Assembly (NCBI GenBank): GCA_951406725.2
Contig: OX597835.1
Location: forward strand, 7,254,001 to 7,318,000
Direction: 5' to 3'
DNA: 64,000 bases
From: Octopus vulgaris
Lineage: Eukaryota
The position numbers and the translations under genes were made by a program. Shown in pieces: positions 13,715 to 26,233 of this stretch; the stretch's first letter is position 1, and each line of letters opens with the position of its first letter. The notes under the pieces are model-generated. The model ran no database searches, was not told the DNA's origin, and worked only from the letters and a program-made list of their open reading frames with translations.

Positions 13715-14632
13715 AGAGTTTAAGTTCTCAACCATTCTTTACGTATGGACTCCTTTGATTACTGTTTTACTCGGATGGACCCTTCTGGCCAGACGATGTA
13801 AAAAAAACCCATTATATTTTTATGATTAAATATTATTAGCAATTGTATTACAATACTTGTTAAAATATTTTATTTTATTGTAGAAGTATAGATATAGGAG
13901 CACTCCGTCGGTTGCGACGATGAGGGTCCCAGCTGATACGATCAACGGAACAGCTTGCTCGTGATATTAACGTGCAAGTGGCTGAGCACTCCACAGACAC
14001 GTGTACCCTTAACGTAGTTCTCGAGGAGATTCAGCGTGACACACAGAATGTGACAAGGCTGGCCCTTTGAAATACAGGTACAAGAGAAACAGGAAGAAAG
14101 AGCGAGAGAAAGTTGTGGTGAAAGAGTACAGCAGGGTTCACCCCCCCCCTGCCGGAGCCTCGTGGAGCTTCAGGTGTTTTCGCTCAATAAGCACTCACAA
14201 TGTCGCGATTCTCCGACCGCGAGTCCGCTGCCCTAACCACTGGGCCATTGCGCCTCCACTTGTAGAAGTATAACTAATGTATGAATTTTAACGATAAAAA
14301 TTTTACATGGATCAGTAAAGTCACATGGAACCCCATAGGTTTTTAAAGTGTGTCCAAGTGGTCGGTTGTGTCTAAGCGGGCGGTGAAGGTGTGTGTGGGA
14401 GCTGGTGGTAGAGAAAATGCGGTGTTGGGAAGAAGGCTGTGGATTGGGGTGCGCTGTTAATTTATATTATTATTGTATTGTATACAAATTATATAATATT
14501 AAATATCAAATTATTCATAGTATATATAAATTAGTAAAATATAAAATATTTATTTATACATAAAAATAGGAGGGTATTATGTATTCATGAAGGAGGTGGG
14601 GGGGCCCAAAAGTTTGGAAACCTGTGCTTTAG
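13715..14632. mobile_element. degenerate hAT-like MITE hosting a SINE
   Basis: left end tagag...gttctcaacc followed by ggac(t/c)c subrepeats; right end gtttggaaacctgtgctttag; similar in style to 59218-59345. Confidence 0.4.
13898..14259 (-). mobile_element. tRNA(Arg)-like-head SINE (resembles octopus OR-type), near full length
   Basis: head gtggaggcgcaatggcccagtggttagggcagcggactcgcggtc; 13-bp TSD ttgtagaagtata at 13878-13890 and 14260-14272. Confidence 0.85.
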
Positions 14633-14986
14633 ACGATGTTCACAATACACTCAATTCATTGGCATAGGGGTCTGTGAGATCCCAGTGTTTCGAGCTGGAT
14701 ATGTCCCTTCAGTCATAGCTACGTCGTGATCAATGAGACTAGATTAGTATAAGTGATGGTTCTCGGCTCTTGGCTCTAGAAATCAAGAATCAAATTATTT
14801 GCTGATGTGTTCTGGTGTCTGCTAAACAGATAAAAAGTTATTGCACGCATGGAGAACAGTGAGAATCAAAACGGTGTCGTACACACACATTGCTAATATG
14901 TTCGGGTAAAGAATAAATAGCTACGTCCACGTTTGTGATAACCCGCTGTACGTCCTGCACGTGATAATTAATCATATATTTGAAGA

Positions 14987-15289
14987 GTGGAGGCACATGG
15001 CCTAGTGGTTTGCGCAGCGAACTCGCGGTCAAAGGAATGCGGGTTCGAATCTCAGACAGGGCGATGTGTGTGTTTATGAGCGAAACACCTAAATTCCACG
15101 CGGCTCCGGCAGAAGGTAAGGGCGATCTTCTGCTGACTCTTTCACCACAACTTTCTCTCACTCATTCCTCTTGCATCTTGCAGCTCACCTGCGACGGACC
15201 GGCGTTCCGTCCAGGTGGGGAACCTATACGCCAAGAAAACCGGGGAAACCGGCCCTTATGAGCCAGGCATCGCTCGAGAAGGAACAAAC
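14987..15289 (+). mobile_element. SINE with the same tRNA-like head and a different 3' half
   Basis: A box tggcctagtgg, B box ggttcgaatc; 11-bp TSD atatttgaaga at 14976-14986 and 15290-15300. Confidence 0.85.
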
Positions 15290-15319
15290 ATATTTGAAGA
15301 ACTATCTAACCTATGTTCT

Positions 15320-15354
<35 letters not shown>

Positions 15355-16072
15355 GTTATTTCTCAAGATCATTTTTAAGTCAAAAATAGGTCACTTTATC
15401 CCGAAGAATAACTCACAAATATAAAGTACCTTGATAATCTATATTCTAATTTCAGTACACGTCTTGTCAATTTATGTTTTAAGAGAGAGGTCAAGCCATT
15501 CACTTTCTAATCTTACATTCGTTAAATGATATAAATTTGTAGAACTAGCCAGCTTAAGCAACCTTTCCTTTTCTCTTTGTCTTTTTTTTTCATCAATTTT
15601 GTCGAATTACCTCAAACTCAATCTCTCCGATAATCTTACTCTCCCTTAATCTATCTCTCTCTCTCTATCTTTCCCAATCTCCCTCTTCCATATTTAACTG
15701 TTCATTGACCAGGAACACAAGCGTGAATAATTTTCCATTCTCAGACTAACCTACACTGATAAAACAAAATTTTCCTTCAGCTGTCCTTCCTCCGTCTTTC
15801 ATTTAGATCCTTTGTTCTTGTCCCCTGTTATTCTGTCTGCGCGCGCATGCGTCGGCACGTAGGTGTAGATGGATGTGTGTGGGCATAGATAAATAGATAG
15901 ATAATTGGGTACGTGTTTATAAACACCATATATATATATACACATATATATGAATGTGTACATATGAGTATATACATAAATATGTATACATATATATGTA
16001 CATACATGCATATATACTTGTTTCAATGTGTGCATTGCCATCTCTTTCCCACTCACACCAACTCTGTCTCTT

Positions 16073-16091
16073 TATATATATATATATATAT

Positions 16092-16142
<51 letters not shown>

Positions 16143-16143
16143 T

Positions 16144-16186
<43 letters not shown>

Positions 16187-16298
16187 CATATATATACACA
16201 TATATATATATATATATATATATGCATTTATATACACATATATATATATACATATATATATATATGCATTTATATACACACATATATATACATATATG

Positions 16299-16386
<88 letters not shown>

Positions 16387-16399
16387 ATCTATCTATCTA

Positions 16400-16470
<71 letters not shown>
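16073..16470. repeat. (TA)n-rich microsatellite
   Basis: direct reading. Confidence 0.95.
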
Positions 16471-16486
<16 letters not shown>

Positions 16487-16824
16487 GTTTTATCATCTCC
16501 CTCTCCCCCTCTCTCACTCTCTTCCCGCTCTCTCTCTTAATCTCTCACTCACTGCACTCTCCCAGTATAAATATAACCTGCAGATACAAATACCTATCCG
16601 ATCGGCCAACGACCGCCGAAGCAGTCGTTTATCAACGTTTTTTTATCGATATTCAGCGAAGGAGAAACAATATACATGGCGTTTATATTACCTTCTAAAT
16701 TAGGGAAACTGACATGTTTGAAGTGCAACAGGAATATCTACAATTCTGAAGAGAAAACAATAGTGTATTTGTAAGCTTGAGTACTTTTAAATGTGTAAGT
16801 TTAAACAGTTAAAAATCATCTGAA

Positions 16825-16884
16825 TTGTCTTCTTGTATGTTGGCTATGTTGTCTTCTTGTATGTTGGCTATGTTGTCTTCTTGT
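16825..16884 (+). repeat. 24-bp tandem repeat, ~2.5 copies
   Basis: unit ttgtcttcttgtatgttggctatg. Confidence 0.85.
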
Positions 16885-16887
16885 CAT

Positions 16888-17470
16888 GTGAATGCGCATG
16901 GTTCAGTGGTTAGAGCGTCGAGTTTACGATCGTGAGGTTGTGAGCTCGAATCCCGGACCGGGCTGCGTGTTGTGTTCTTGAGCAAGACACTTTATTTCAC
17001 GTTGCTCCAGTTAACTCAGCTGTAGAAATGAGTAGCGACGTCAGAGGTGCCAAACTGTATCGGCCCCTTTGCTTCTCTCTTGGATAACACTGGTGGTGTG
17101 GAGAGGGGAGGCCTGTATGCATGTTGGTCTTCCGTAAACCGCCTTGCCCAGACTTGTGACTAGGAGGGTAACTTTCTAGGCGAGCTGGCAGAATCGTTAG
17201 CGCGTCGGGCGAAATGCTTAGCGGTATTTCGGCTGCCGTTACGTTGTGAGTTCAAATTCCGCCGAGGTCGACTTTGCCTTTCATCCTTTCGGGGTCGATA
17301 AATTAAGTACCAGTTACGCACTGGAGTCGATGTAATCGACTTAATACCTATGTCTGTCCTTCTTTGTCCCCTCTGTGTTTAGCCCCTTGTGGGTAATAAA
17401 GAAATTGGTAACTTTCTAGGTGCAATCTCATGGTCAGTGTCGTGACCGAAGGGGGTCCTGACCGACCCGA
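16888..17470 (+). mobile_element. tRNA-derived SINE interrupted by a nested SINE
   Basis: A box tggttcagtgg, B-box-like gctcgaatccc, body gttgtgttcttgagcaagacactt; resumes after 17420. Confidence 0.8.
17179..17406 (+). mobile_element. SINE family N (Nin/Deu-like core), nested
   Basis: core gcctttcatcctttcggggtcgataaattaagtaccag; TSD ggtaactttctagg at 17167-17180 and 17407-17420. Confidence 0.9.
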
Positions 17471-17721
17471 TATATATGTTGGCTAGTAAAAGCAACAAAC
17501 TCATCTTAGATACGTGCTCCTATTTATAATACTTTTCTCTCGTTACTACTGCCTTATGAGACACAGGGGTTAGAGATAAGATTACCATCTTCTATCAACG
17601 TCTTAGAAGAAGATAAGCTTATTGGTTAGCACCAAAATTCCAAGCTACTCTTTACTTTCGCTTTCGCTTGATTTCGTCATTGTACTACGGACATGATGGA
17701 GCACCGCCTTGAAATCCTTCA

Positions 17722-17734
17722 AGTAGTGGTGGTG

Positions 17735-17777
<43 letters not shown>

Positions 17778-17879
17778 TAGTAGTCGTAGTTGTAGTAGTA
17801 GTAGTAGTAGTAGTAGTAGTCGTAGTAGTAGTCGTAGTTGTAGTAGTAGTATTAGTAGCGGTGGTGGTGGTAGTGATGC

Positions 17880-17910
<31 letters not shown>

Positions 17911-17995
17911 GGTAGTAGTGGTGGTAGTGGTAGTAGTGGTAGTAGTGGTGGTGGTGGTGGTGGTAGTGGTGGTGGTGGTAGTAGTAGTAGTAGTG

Positions 17996-18041
<46 letters not shown>

Positions 18042-18052
18042 AAGTAGTAGTA
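17722..18052 (+). repeat. (GTA/GTG)n trinucleotide array
   Basis: direct reading. Confidence 0.95.
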
Positions 18053-18335
18053 ATTGCAGCGTCAGTTTTTAATGAGAATACCTTTAAATGTCGAAACGCA
18101 TATTTTTGTTCAGACACAAAGAAAATGGAAACCGTGATTTTCGTTGCTTCGTTTTGCACAAACAACAACGAAGAAATGCATCTTTTGTTTCATCTTTTGT
18201 CTCATGCTTTGTAAGGCGATGCAATTAGCCCAGTGAGTTCTAATGGAGATTATAGAAAGCAACCTACATAGACATTAAATTTATGAATATATTAAATCTA
18301 TATACAAATACGTGCTCCCACATACAAATAAATAG

Positions 18336-18390
<55 letters not shown>

Positions 18391-18411
18391 TATACATATA
18401 TATATGTGAAT

Positions 18412-18442
<31 letters not shown>

Positions 18443-18493
18443 CACACATACATATATACACACACACATATATATATACACACATATATATAC

Positions 18494-18526
<33 letters not shown>

Positions 18527-18601
18527 TATATGTATACATATACATATATATATGCATACATATATATATATACATACATATATATATATACATACATATA
18601 A

Positions 18602-18978
18602 ATTAAATTAGAGATAAAACCACTATTAGGCAAATCAAACAGTGAAAAACATAAACCAAAACATAGAAATAAAATTAATATAATATAATATACAAAATAT
18701 ATACAATTTTATATATTATTTTATATATTTATATATATATATATATATATATATTTATGTATTTTATATATTTTTTATATTTTATATATTCTATATATTT
18801 TGTATATTATATTAATTATTTTTTATTTTTATGTTTTGGTTTATGTTTTTCACTGTTTCATTTGCCTAATAGTGGGTTTTACCTCTAATTTAATCTATAT
18901 TTATATTGTAAAATTAGAGTTAATCCTAAATCTAGTTTTTCCCTGTAAGTTTGGATTTACTCCCTAATATTATTATCA
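18602..18978. mobile_element. Penelope-like inverted terminal fragment (~100-bp arms plus one-sided tail)
   Basis: 18602-18700 is the reverse complement of ~18795-18893 with few mismatches; extra tail 18894-18978; TA-rich flanks. Confidence 0.6.
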
Positions 18979-19001
18979 TACATACATATATATATATGCA
19001 T

Positions 19002-19055
<54 letters not shown>

Positions 19056-19057
<2 letters not shown>

Positions 19058-19600
19058 AAATTATATAAAAATATCTTGAAATACTAAAGAGTAAATTAAT
19101 TGAATAAAATCGCCATTGCCTTCAACTACGGCCTTCGAACGACTTCCGTATCTCTTGCAAATCTTCTGGACGTTCTCCTTATCTAAGTTGGCGAATGCTG
19201 CCATAATCCTTGTCTTCAGTTCATCTTTGGTGCTACAGGAATTTTGTTGGCCTCTCGCTCAGCTATGCCCCTCACATAATAATCAAGGGGGGGTGCAGTC
19301 AAGGGAAGAGTTAGGTGCCCAGATGTTAGGGGTGATGAGGTTGCAAAAATTGTCTGACAGCCATGAATGGATTTTATTGTTTGTTTGGCATGGCGCAGAG
19401 TCCTGTTGTCAGACAAAGGGATTTCCAGTAGTCACCCTCTTGATACAGGGCAGCACTACCCGCTCCTAGCACTTGATGTAGGCCTCCGTGTTGAGTCTGA
19501 GGCCATGTGGGAAGATAAATGGAGGCCATACCTCGTGATCCCTCCAAACCCCATGATCTTGACTGGATGTTTGATTTTTATCACTGTCAGTACATGTTCT
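19056..19600 (-). mobile_element. maT/mariner-type transposase remnant
   Basis: frameshifted W.PNS.DC.PLDYYV...ERE.NK...TKDELK.RIMAAF...VEGNGDF; same family as 52885-53767. Confidence 0.8.
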
Positions 19601-21226
19601 CCGATTGCACTGTCCTCAGATTTCTCTCTCCCTCTCTCTCTCTGTCTGTCTCTCTCTATCTCTCTCTATGTGTATATGTTTCCGAGTACATGCCCAGACA
19701 TGTGTGTCTATTTACTTCCACTGAAAAGAATACAATCACCAAAGCAAACTGAATATCCAATTCATCATGCCAAATCGGTCACGCCCAAACAGCTGCGCCC
19801 AGTTGTTTCATTCGCCCCCCCAAACGTACCCACAGATCATTCCTATCGTTTCTCTAGCGACGTGGAACTACTGTTCCAGCAAGCATTTTCCATTATCTCT
19901 CTTAATATATTTATTTCGTCTCACTGTTGTTCTCCTACATGGTTTTGCTTTCGTTGATGTTGCTGTTGTTATTGTTGTTGTCTTTCATTTAGCAATAATC
20001 TTTTACAGTAGTTAATCTTCTGCTTTAATCTCATTTCTCTCTAAATCCCGCCACATTGTTTATAAACCCCCATTTCATCGCATCGCTAATACAACCTCAT
20101 TTTTTATAAACACAAGCCACCTACAACTAACAACAGAAGGAACAGTCGACTACTACTACTACTACTCCTCCTCTTCCTCCTCCTCCTCCTCCTCCTCCTA
20201 CTACTGAGATCGCCATCACAGCCGCTGCCACCACCACTACTACTAATCTATGAAATCAAATGCAGTCTCGATGTCTTTCAGAATTAAGAAGGATAATAGA
20301 AAACATTAGCCTCCTAATTACTTGTTTCCAGAAAAGACGCACAGAAAAAACATGCACTTACATAGAGACGTCTATGTTAAAATAAGCAAATATATTATAA
20401 GCGAAAACACGTGCACGCGCGTGCGCATGTGCGCGTGTGGGCGTACGTGTACACATATACATATGTACTTAACGAGAACAGACGAAGAGAAAAGGAAGAT
20501 GGCGCTATCCGCATTATTCGGTGTCCGAAAGGCAGAGGGAGTCAAGACGTACACCGAAAACCCGGTAACAGATGCCTTTTAGAACTCCGGGCCCCTACTC
20601 GTAGGAAACACCTGAGAACTCTTCCAATAACTATTTCCTGGAATTACCATTCTTCGACAAGCGTGCATCCGTTATCCATTACTGTGTACATAACTATCCG
20701 TAGGGGAAACACTACGCTCACACATACATACACACACACAAGCACAAGCACACACACACAAGCACACATACACACACACACATTAAGAAAAAATATGTGA
20801 AAAGCCACAAACCATGAAGATAATTATTGCCATCTTTTAAAATAGATTAAGGAGACAAAAGCAGGTGTAACATTGCATTTAAATTAACTAAATTTTTAAT
20901 TCACACAACACAAACGGTTTCATTCATATATGACTTTAATTTTCAAATGAATATGATTTTAGTGGTAGTATTATATGAAGTTGAATTTTTTGTAGCTGGA
21001 CCAGATATATATATATAATATTGATAATAATCCAAGGATTCAATTTCATAAACATTTTATGTATCGCTACGCGCGTTTCCACAATTCCCATGTTGTTTGT
21101 GACTATAATTCGCATCCATATGATGACAACAATATAATTTGTAATATCCATAGATGATATAGGAGTTTTTATGTGCATACTCAAAAGCGCTTCTCGTAAA
21201 CAAGCTGAAAGTGTGCATACATACAT

Positions 21227-21300
<74 letters not shown>

Positions 21301-21304
<4 letters not shown>

Positions 21305-21507
21305 CTTTACTACCCACAAGGGGCTAAACACAGACGGGACAAACAAGGACAGACGAACGGATTAAGTCGATTATATCGACCCCAGTGTGTAACTGGTACT
21401 TAATTTATCGACCCCGAAAGGATGAAAGGCAAAGTCGACCTCGGCGGAATTTGAACTCGGAATGACGACAGACGAAATACAGCTACGCATGTGCCAGCTC
21501 GCCGCCT
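21301..21507 (-). mobile_element. SINE family N
   Basis: reverse complement of the 17179 copy with a deletion in the head. Confidence 0.9.
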
Positions 21508-21508
21508 T

Positions 21509-21544
<36 letters not shown>

Positions 21545-21552
21545 ATATATAT

Positions 21553-21695
21553 AAAACATTTGCAGCGTGGGAGGTGTTTATAACCCATTTAAAAACACAA
21601 AAACCGTTTGATTCACTTCAACATTACAATTTAATTTGCCAAAATATTTTCGTCGCATTGAGACAGCGACTTGTTCAATGATGAAATTCCATGCA
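21553..21695 (-). mobile_element. short Penelope-like element with variant hammerhead-like fold
   Basis: TTGAACA-a-GTCGC-tgtctcaat-GCGAC-GAAA-ATAT-TT at 21638-21682; microsatellite flanks. Confidence 0.45.
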
Positions 21696-21803
21696 ATACA
21701 TACATACATACATACATACATACATACATACATACTTACATACATACATACATACATATATACATACATATTTATACATACATACATATATATATATTCA
21801 TAC

Positions 21804-21838
<35 letters not shown>

Positions 21839-22379
21839 AAGGGAATTACCATACATAAATGCTTCATGCTATGAGGGGCTCTTAAAGTCAAAAACTATCA
21901 TAATAAATACATTGTACCGAACGCGCGGGAATGCAACTCTCGAAGCGAACTCCCCAGAAACAAATTCAGCCGCAGATCATATGATTTCATAATTAGTGCA
22001 CAAAATGCACCTTTTAATCATCAGTGCAATCATAATCAAGAAACATAAAAATTAACAGAAATATCAACATACCAGACGAACACAAAATGTATCCAGCATA
22101 GTACTTAGAGTTGTTCACTCCTATATATCTATATAAGAGGCGGGCTTTTCGAATTGCAACTATTTTTAAATTGTAAATTTAACGGGAATATATTCAGTGC
22201 TGAATTTATTCTGAATATACACGTGTACAATTGGTGTGTTCATTGAACTGTAGGTGCATACACCCAAGTGGGGACGTCTGTTGTCATGAGAATCTCAAAT
22301 GGAAAATTTTGGGAATGTTTTAGGTTTGTATGTATGTATGTATGTATGTATGTATGTATGTATGTATGTAGCTGGACTA

Positions 22380-22800
22380 CGCAAGGACTTCATAGAGAAC
22401 TTTACCGAAGAAACGACCGCCCGCCGACAGAAACATAAGTGCACTGTTAAGTTTCCCTTTCACCAGATAAACCTGCGCTTACGTACTTTTGCTGCAATGC
22501 TGTATATCAGGTCTGGTGCATCAAAAGAAACAACTGTTTGAACGACGACACCATTCAATCATTTTCATATCCCAAGGAAAGAGCATCTGCGAACGAAACA
22601 TATATATCAACCTTCAAGAGGCATCTTGAAAAATGCAGGAACATGATAAAGGATATTGCACTTACTATTAAAACCTGGCCATAGTATCGATAGCCCGCAG
22701 ATAATAGAAGACATTCTGATGAAAAGAAGATCCAAGCCCAAAATTGATTGAACTGTATGGTTATCAATGGATGTTATAAATATCATGTGACATACTACTG
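22380..22800 (+). mobile_element. possible highly decayed RTE-like RT remnant
   Basis: QSFSYPKERAS...STFKRHLEKC weakly resembles Q.GFR.GRST.D.IF.LR.ILEKC. Confidence 0.3.
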
Positions 22801-22997
22801 AATCAATTCCTTCTCAGACGCATGTGATATCTGATAATAGTTCATGTGTTATATCTGACACATAGACTTAATCCACCGCCTCGAATTCGATTCCTCGATG
22901 AGAGCGTTAACTCGAATGTCATACACAAGTATTAGACGCACAGACAGAGCGGACAAACAATATGTGTGTGTCTGTGTGTATTTGTGTATGTGTATGT

Positions 22998-23190
22998 GTG
23001 TGTGGTAAGTGGTTTGCTTCTCAATCACATGGTTCGAGGTTCAATCCCACTGCGTGGTACCTTGGGCTGGTGTCTTCTACTATAGCCTCTGTCCCACCGA
23101 CCAAAGCCTTGTGAGTGCATTTGGTGCACGGAAACGGAAAGAAGCCCGTCGTATATATATATGTATATATATATATATGTGTGTGTGTGT

Positions 23191-23249
<59 letters not shown>

Positions 23250-23432
23250 CATATATATATATATATATGTTGGTGTGTTTACGTCCCCGTAACTTAGCGT
23301 TTCAGCAAAAGTGACCAACAGAATAAGTACCAGGCTTACAAAGAATAAGTCCAGGATTCGATTGCTTCGAGTAAAAGGCAGTGCTCCAGCATGAACGCAA
23401 TCAAAATGACTGAAACACATAAAAGAATAAAG
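22998..23432 (+). mobile_element. SINE family M
   Basis: head, internal (TA)n and tail all present. Confidence 0.85.
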
Positions 23433-23454
23433 AAGGAAAGTAAAATATACGAAT

Positions 23455-23514
<60 letters not shown>

Positions 23515-23630
23515 GTATATACATATATACATATATATACATACATATGTATATACATATATAGTTATATATATACATATACATACATATATAGATACAA
23601 ATATATATATATATATACATATATACACAC

Positions 23631-23688
<58 letters not shown>

Positions 23689-23744
23689 ATACACACACAC
23701 ACATACACAGACACTCATATAGGTATACGTATCCACCGCCAGCA

Positions 23745-23936
23745 CCCAAAATCTGGCGTTGATGCGCTTACGTCACCCATAAGCTAGTGGTTCGGCAAAA
23801 GAGATCGATAGAACAAGCACCATGCTTCAGAAATGAAGTAAGTGCTGGGCTCAATTCCTTTGGCAAAAACTCCTCCAAAGCGGTGCACCAGCTTGGCCAC
23901 AGTCACATGACTGAAACACGTAAAGGATAAAAAAAA
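23745..23936 (+). mobile_element. SINE family M, 3' half, diverged
   Basis: ggttcggcaaaagagatcgatagaa...gactgaaac. Confidence 0.7.
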
Positions 23937-25214
23937 GGAATACCGGTTTTCGATTAATATTCCTTGCACCTCTACCAGATGACATCTCCATACCAAGTGA
24001 TTATTATTTACAAATATTTAGATATGTTTTATAAGATGCCTTATTTATCATCTATCTTGAATTCCTTGTCAGTTCTCATTCCTCTTCAACTATATAACAT
24101 CGTTTTTTTCTACAATCTCTTCCATCATTTTACACCAAGGAAATACGTAAGACAAACATCCAACCTCAAACAACAAAATCCCAATGAGAAAATAATTATA
24201 TGGCAGGTTTCTTGCATAAACATTTTTCTGAGAGCCAAAATACATAATCAGTAATTTATCAACACCATCGCAGCTTAAAGCTTCTAATTCATCCTGATCT
24301 TATTTTTTATTCTGTCTTGTAAGAATATGGTACACATAACGCCTGTACTCAACCTTACATTTCAAATTTAATCCTTCTCATACTCCATCAATCTTTCACT
24401 CTTAGTCTCTCCGTTTCTCTCTGTTTCTGTCTCTCTTTCTATATATATGTATATAATGCATATATATATAATACATATGTATATGTATAATACATACATA
24501 TATATATATATATACATATATACATTATATAAATATTTGGACAGATAGATATATTATAAGATATATATTGAAATATAATATGTAAAATATAAAGTAATAT
24601 ATAATTATCATAATATAATTATCATATATATATATATATATATATGGGCAGATACATAGCCATTATATATATATATTGTGAAATAATATATACAATATAA
24701 TGAAATATATAATTATTATAATATATATATACGTATATATGTATATATATACATACATATATATACATGTATATATACATATATATATACATATATATCC
24801 ATATATATATACATATATATACATATATATATATCCACATATATCCATATATATATATCAAGATACAGGACTCATATATAAACCAATCGCTAACCAACCA
24901 ATCAGCTTAAGTAATTGAGTGATACTACATGATTGGTCAGAATACAGTTTGCAAATAGCACCTGAGCCTACCCAGCTGTATTTATAGCACAGAATCACTC
25001 ATCTTGCTACAGTCAAAAATTGTGAAGCATGACTGTCAACACACTACTGAACCGAAGATTGCAGAATTCAATGCATAAAGTACTAGTTCAATCAGAATGA
25101 ATATTTAACATTCTACTATTTCATTTTATTTTACTCAATTATAATATATTATCATTATAAGATTGTAAATAAAACGTGAAAATCAGACAAGGTTGGAATT
25201 CACACACACACACA

Positions 25215-25248
<34 letters not shown>

Positions 25249-26131
25249 ATGTAATACAATATATCATAAAATATTTGTTATTCCAACATTTTCTCTCATA
25301 GATCTTACTATTAGATAATTTTCACAGGATCGGCACTTCTTATCATATTCTTTAATAACTTCGAATTATTTAACATCTAAATTGTTAGAAAGCAATTAAC
25401 TTTTGTGCAAGCAGCAACGCATAAAATTGTTACAATTGTAGTTTAACAAAACCTTATTTACAAAATATTAATAATAAAATGTGTTTAATTAGCTCAATTG
25501 AAATAACTCCACCACAAGACGAAACATATTATTGCTTAACCGCAGTTTGTTTTCTGTTGATATTAAAACTATTTTGAAGACAGTCATTTAAAAAGAAATT
25601 ATCACAATTTCCCGGGTAAGATACTACAGATTCATTTTAATTAATACATCTCTAACACCAGAAACATAAAACATTAATGTTCTATAAGCCATTGCTTTCG
25701 TTTTCGGATTTGGTTTCGAAGATTCTTTATGTGAGTTCGTGTGTTGAAGCATATTTTGTTGTGTCTGCACAGAGTCATTCCTTTTTAGTGCCTTATAAAT
25801 TAACACACTCACCGGTAAGGTTTCCACTCATTTACTTAATTTATTCTTCTATTTTCGTTGAAAACATACATGCTCATGTATGTATGTATGTTTGTAAGTC
25901 TATCGATACTGTTTAATTTCTCTTCTTCATAAGAAAATTTAGGTCCCCCTCTCTCTCTTTCTCTCTATCTCACTCAGTATGTATGTCCCTGTGTGTGTGC
26001 GTGTATGTATGCATATGTGTAGCGGAACAAATTTAACAAAATTCTACTGGCAGCATATTTCAAAACAAAACGCTCTCCGGCATTGTGGAATAATGCTATC
26101 ATATCAATTTGGTGTCAATTCATTATACTTC

Positions 26132-26184
26132 ATTATTATTATTATTATTATTATTACTATTATTATTATTATTATTATTATTAC

Positions 26185-26230
<46 letters not shown>
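26132..26230. repeat. (TTA)n microsatellite
   Basis: direct reading; forms the 3' flank of the adjacent LINE. Confidence 0.95.

Positions 26231-26233
<3 letters not shown>

Noticed and set aside
14987-15060. tRNA-like sequences here and at 14190-14259, 16890-16960 and 48475-48545
   Set aside because: A/B boxes continue into SINE bodies or lack a complete cloverleaf; SINE heads, not tRNA genes
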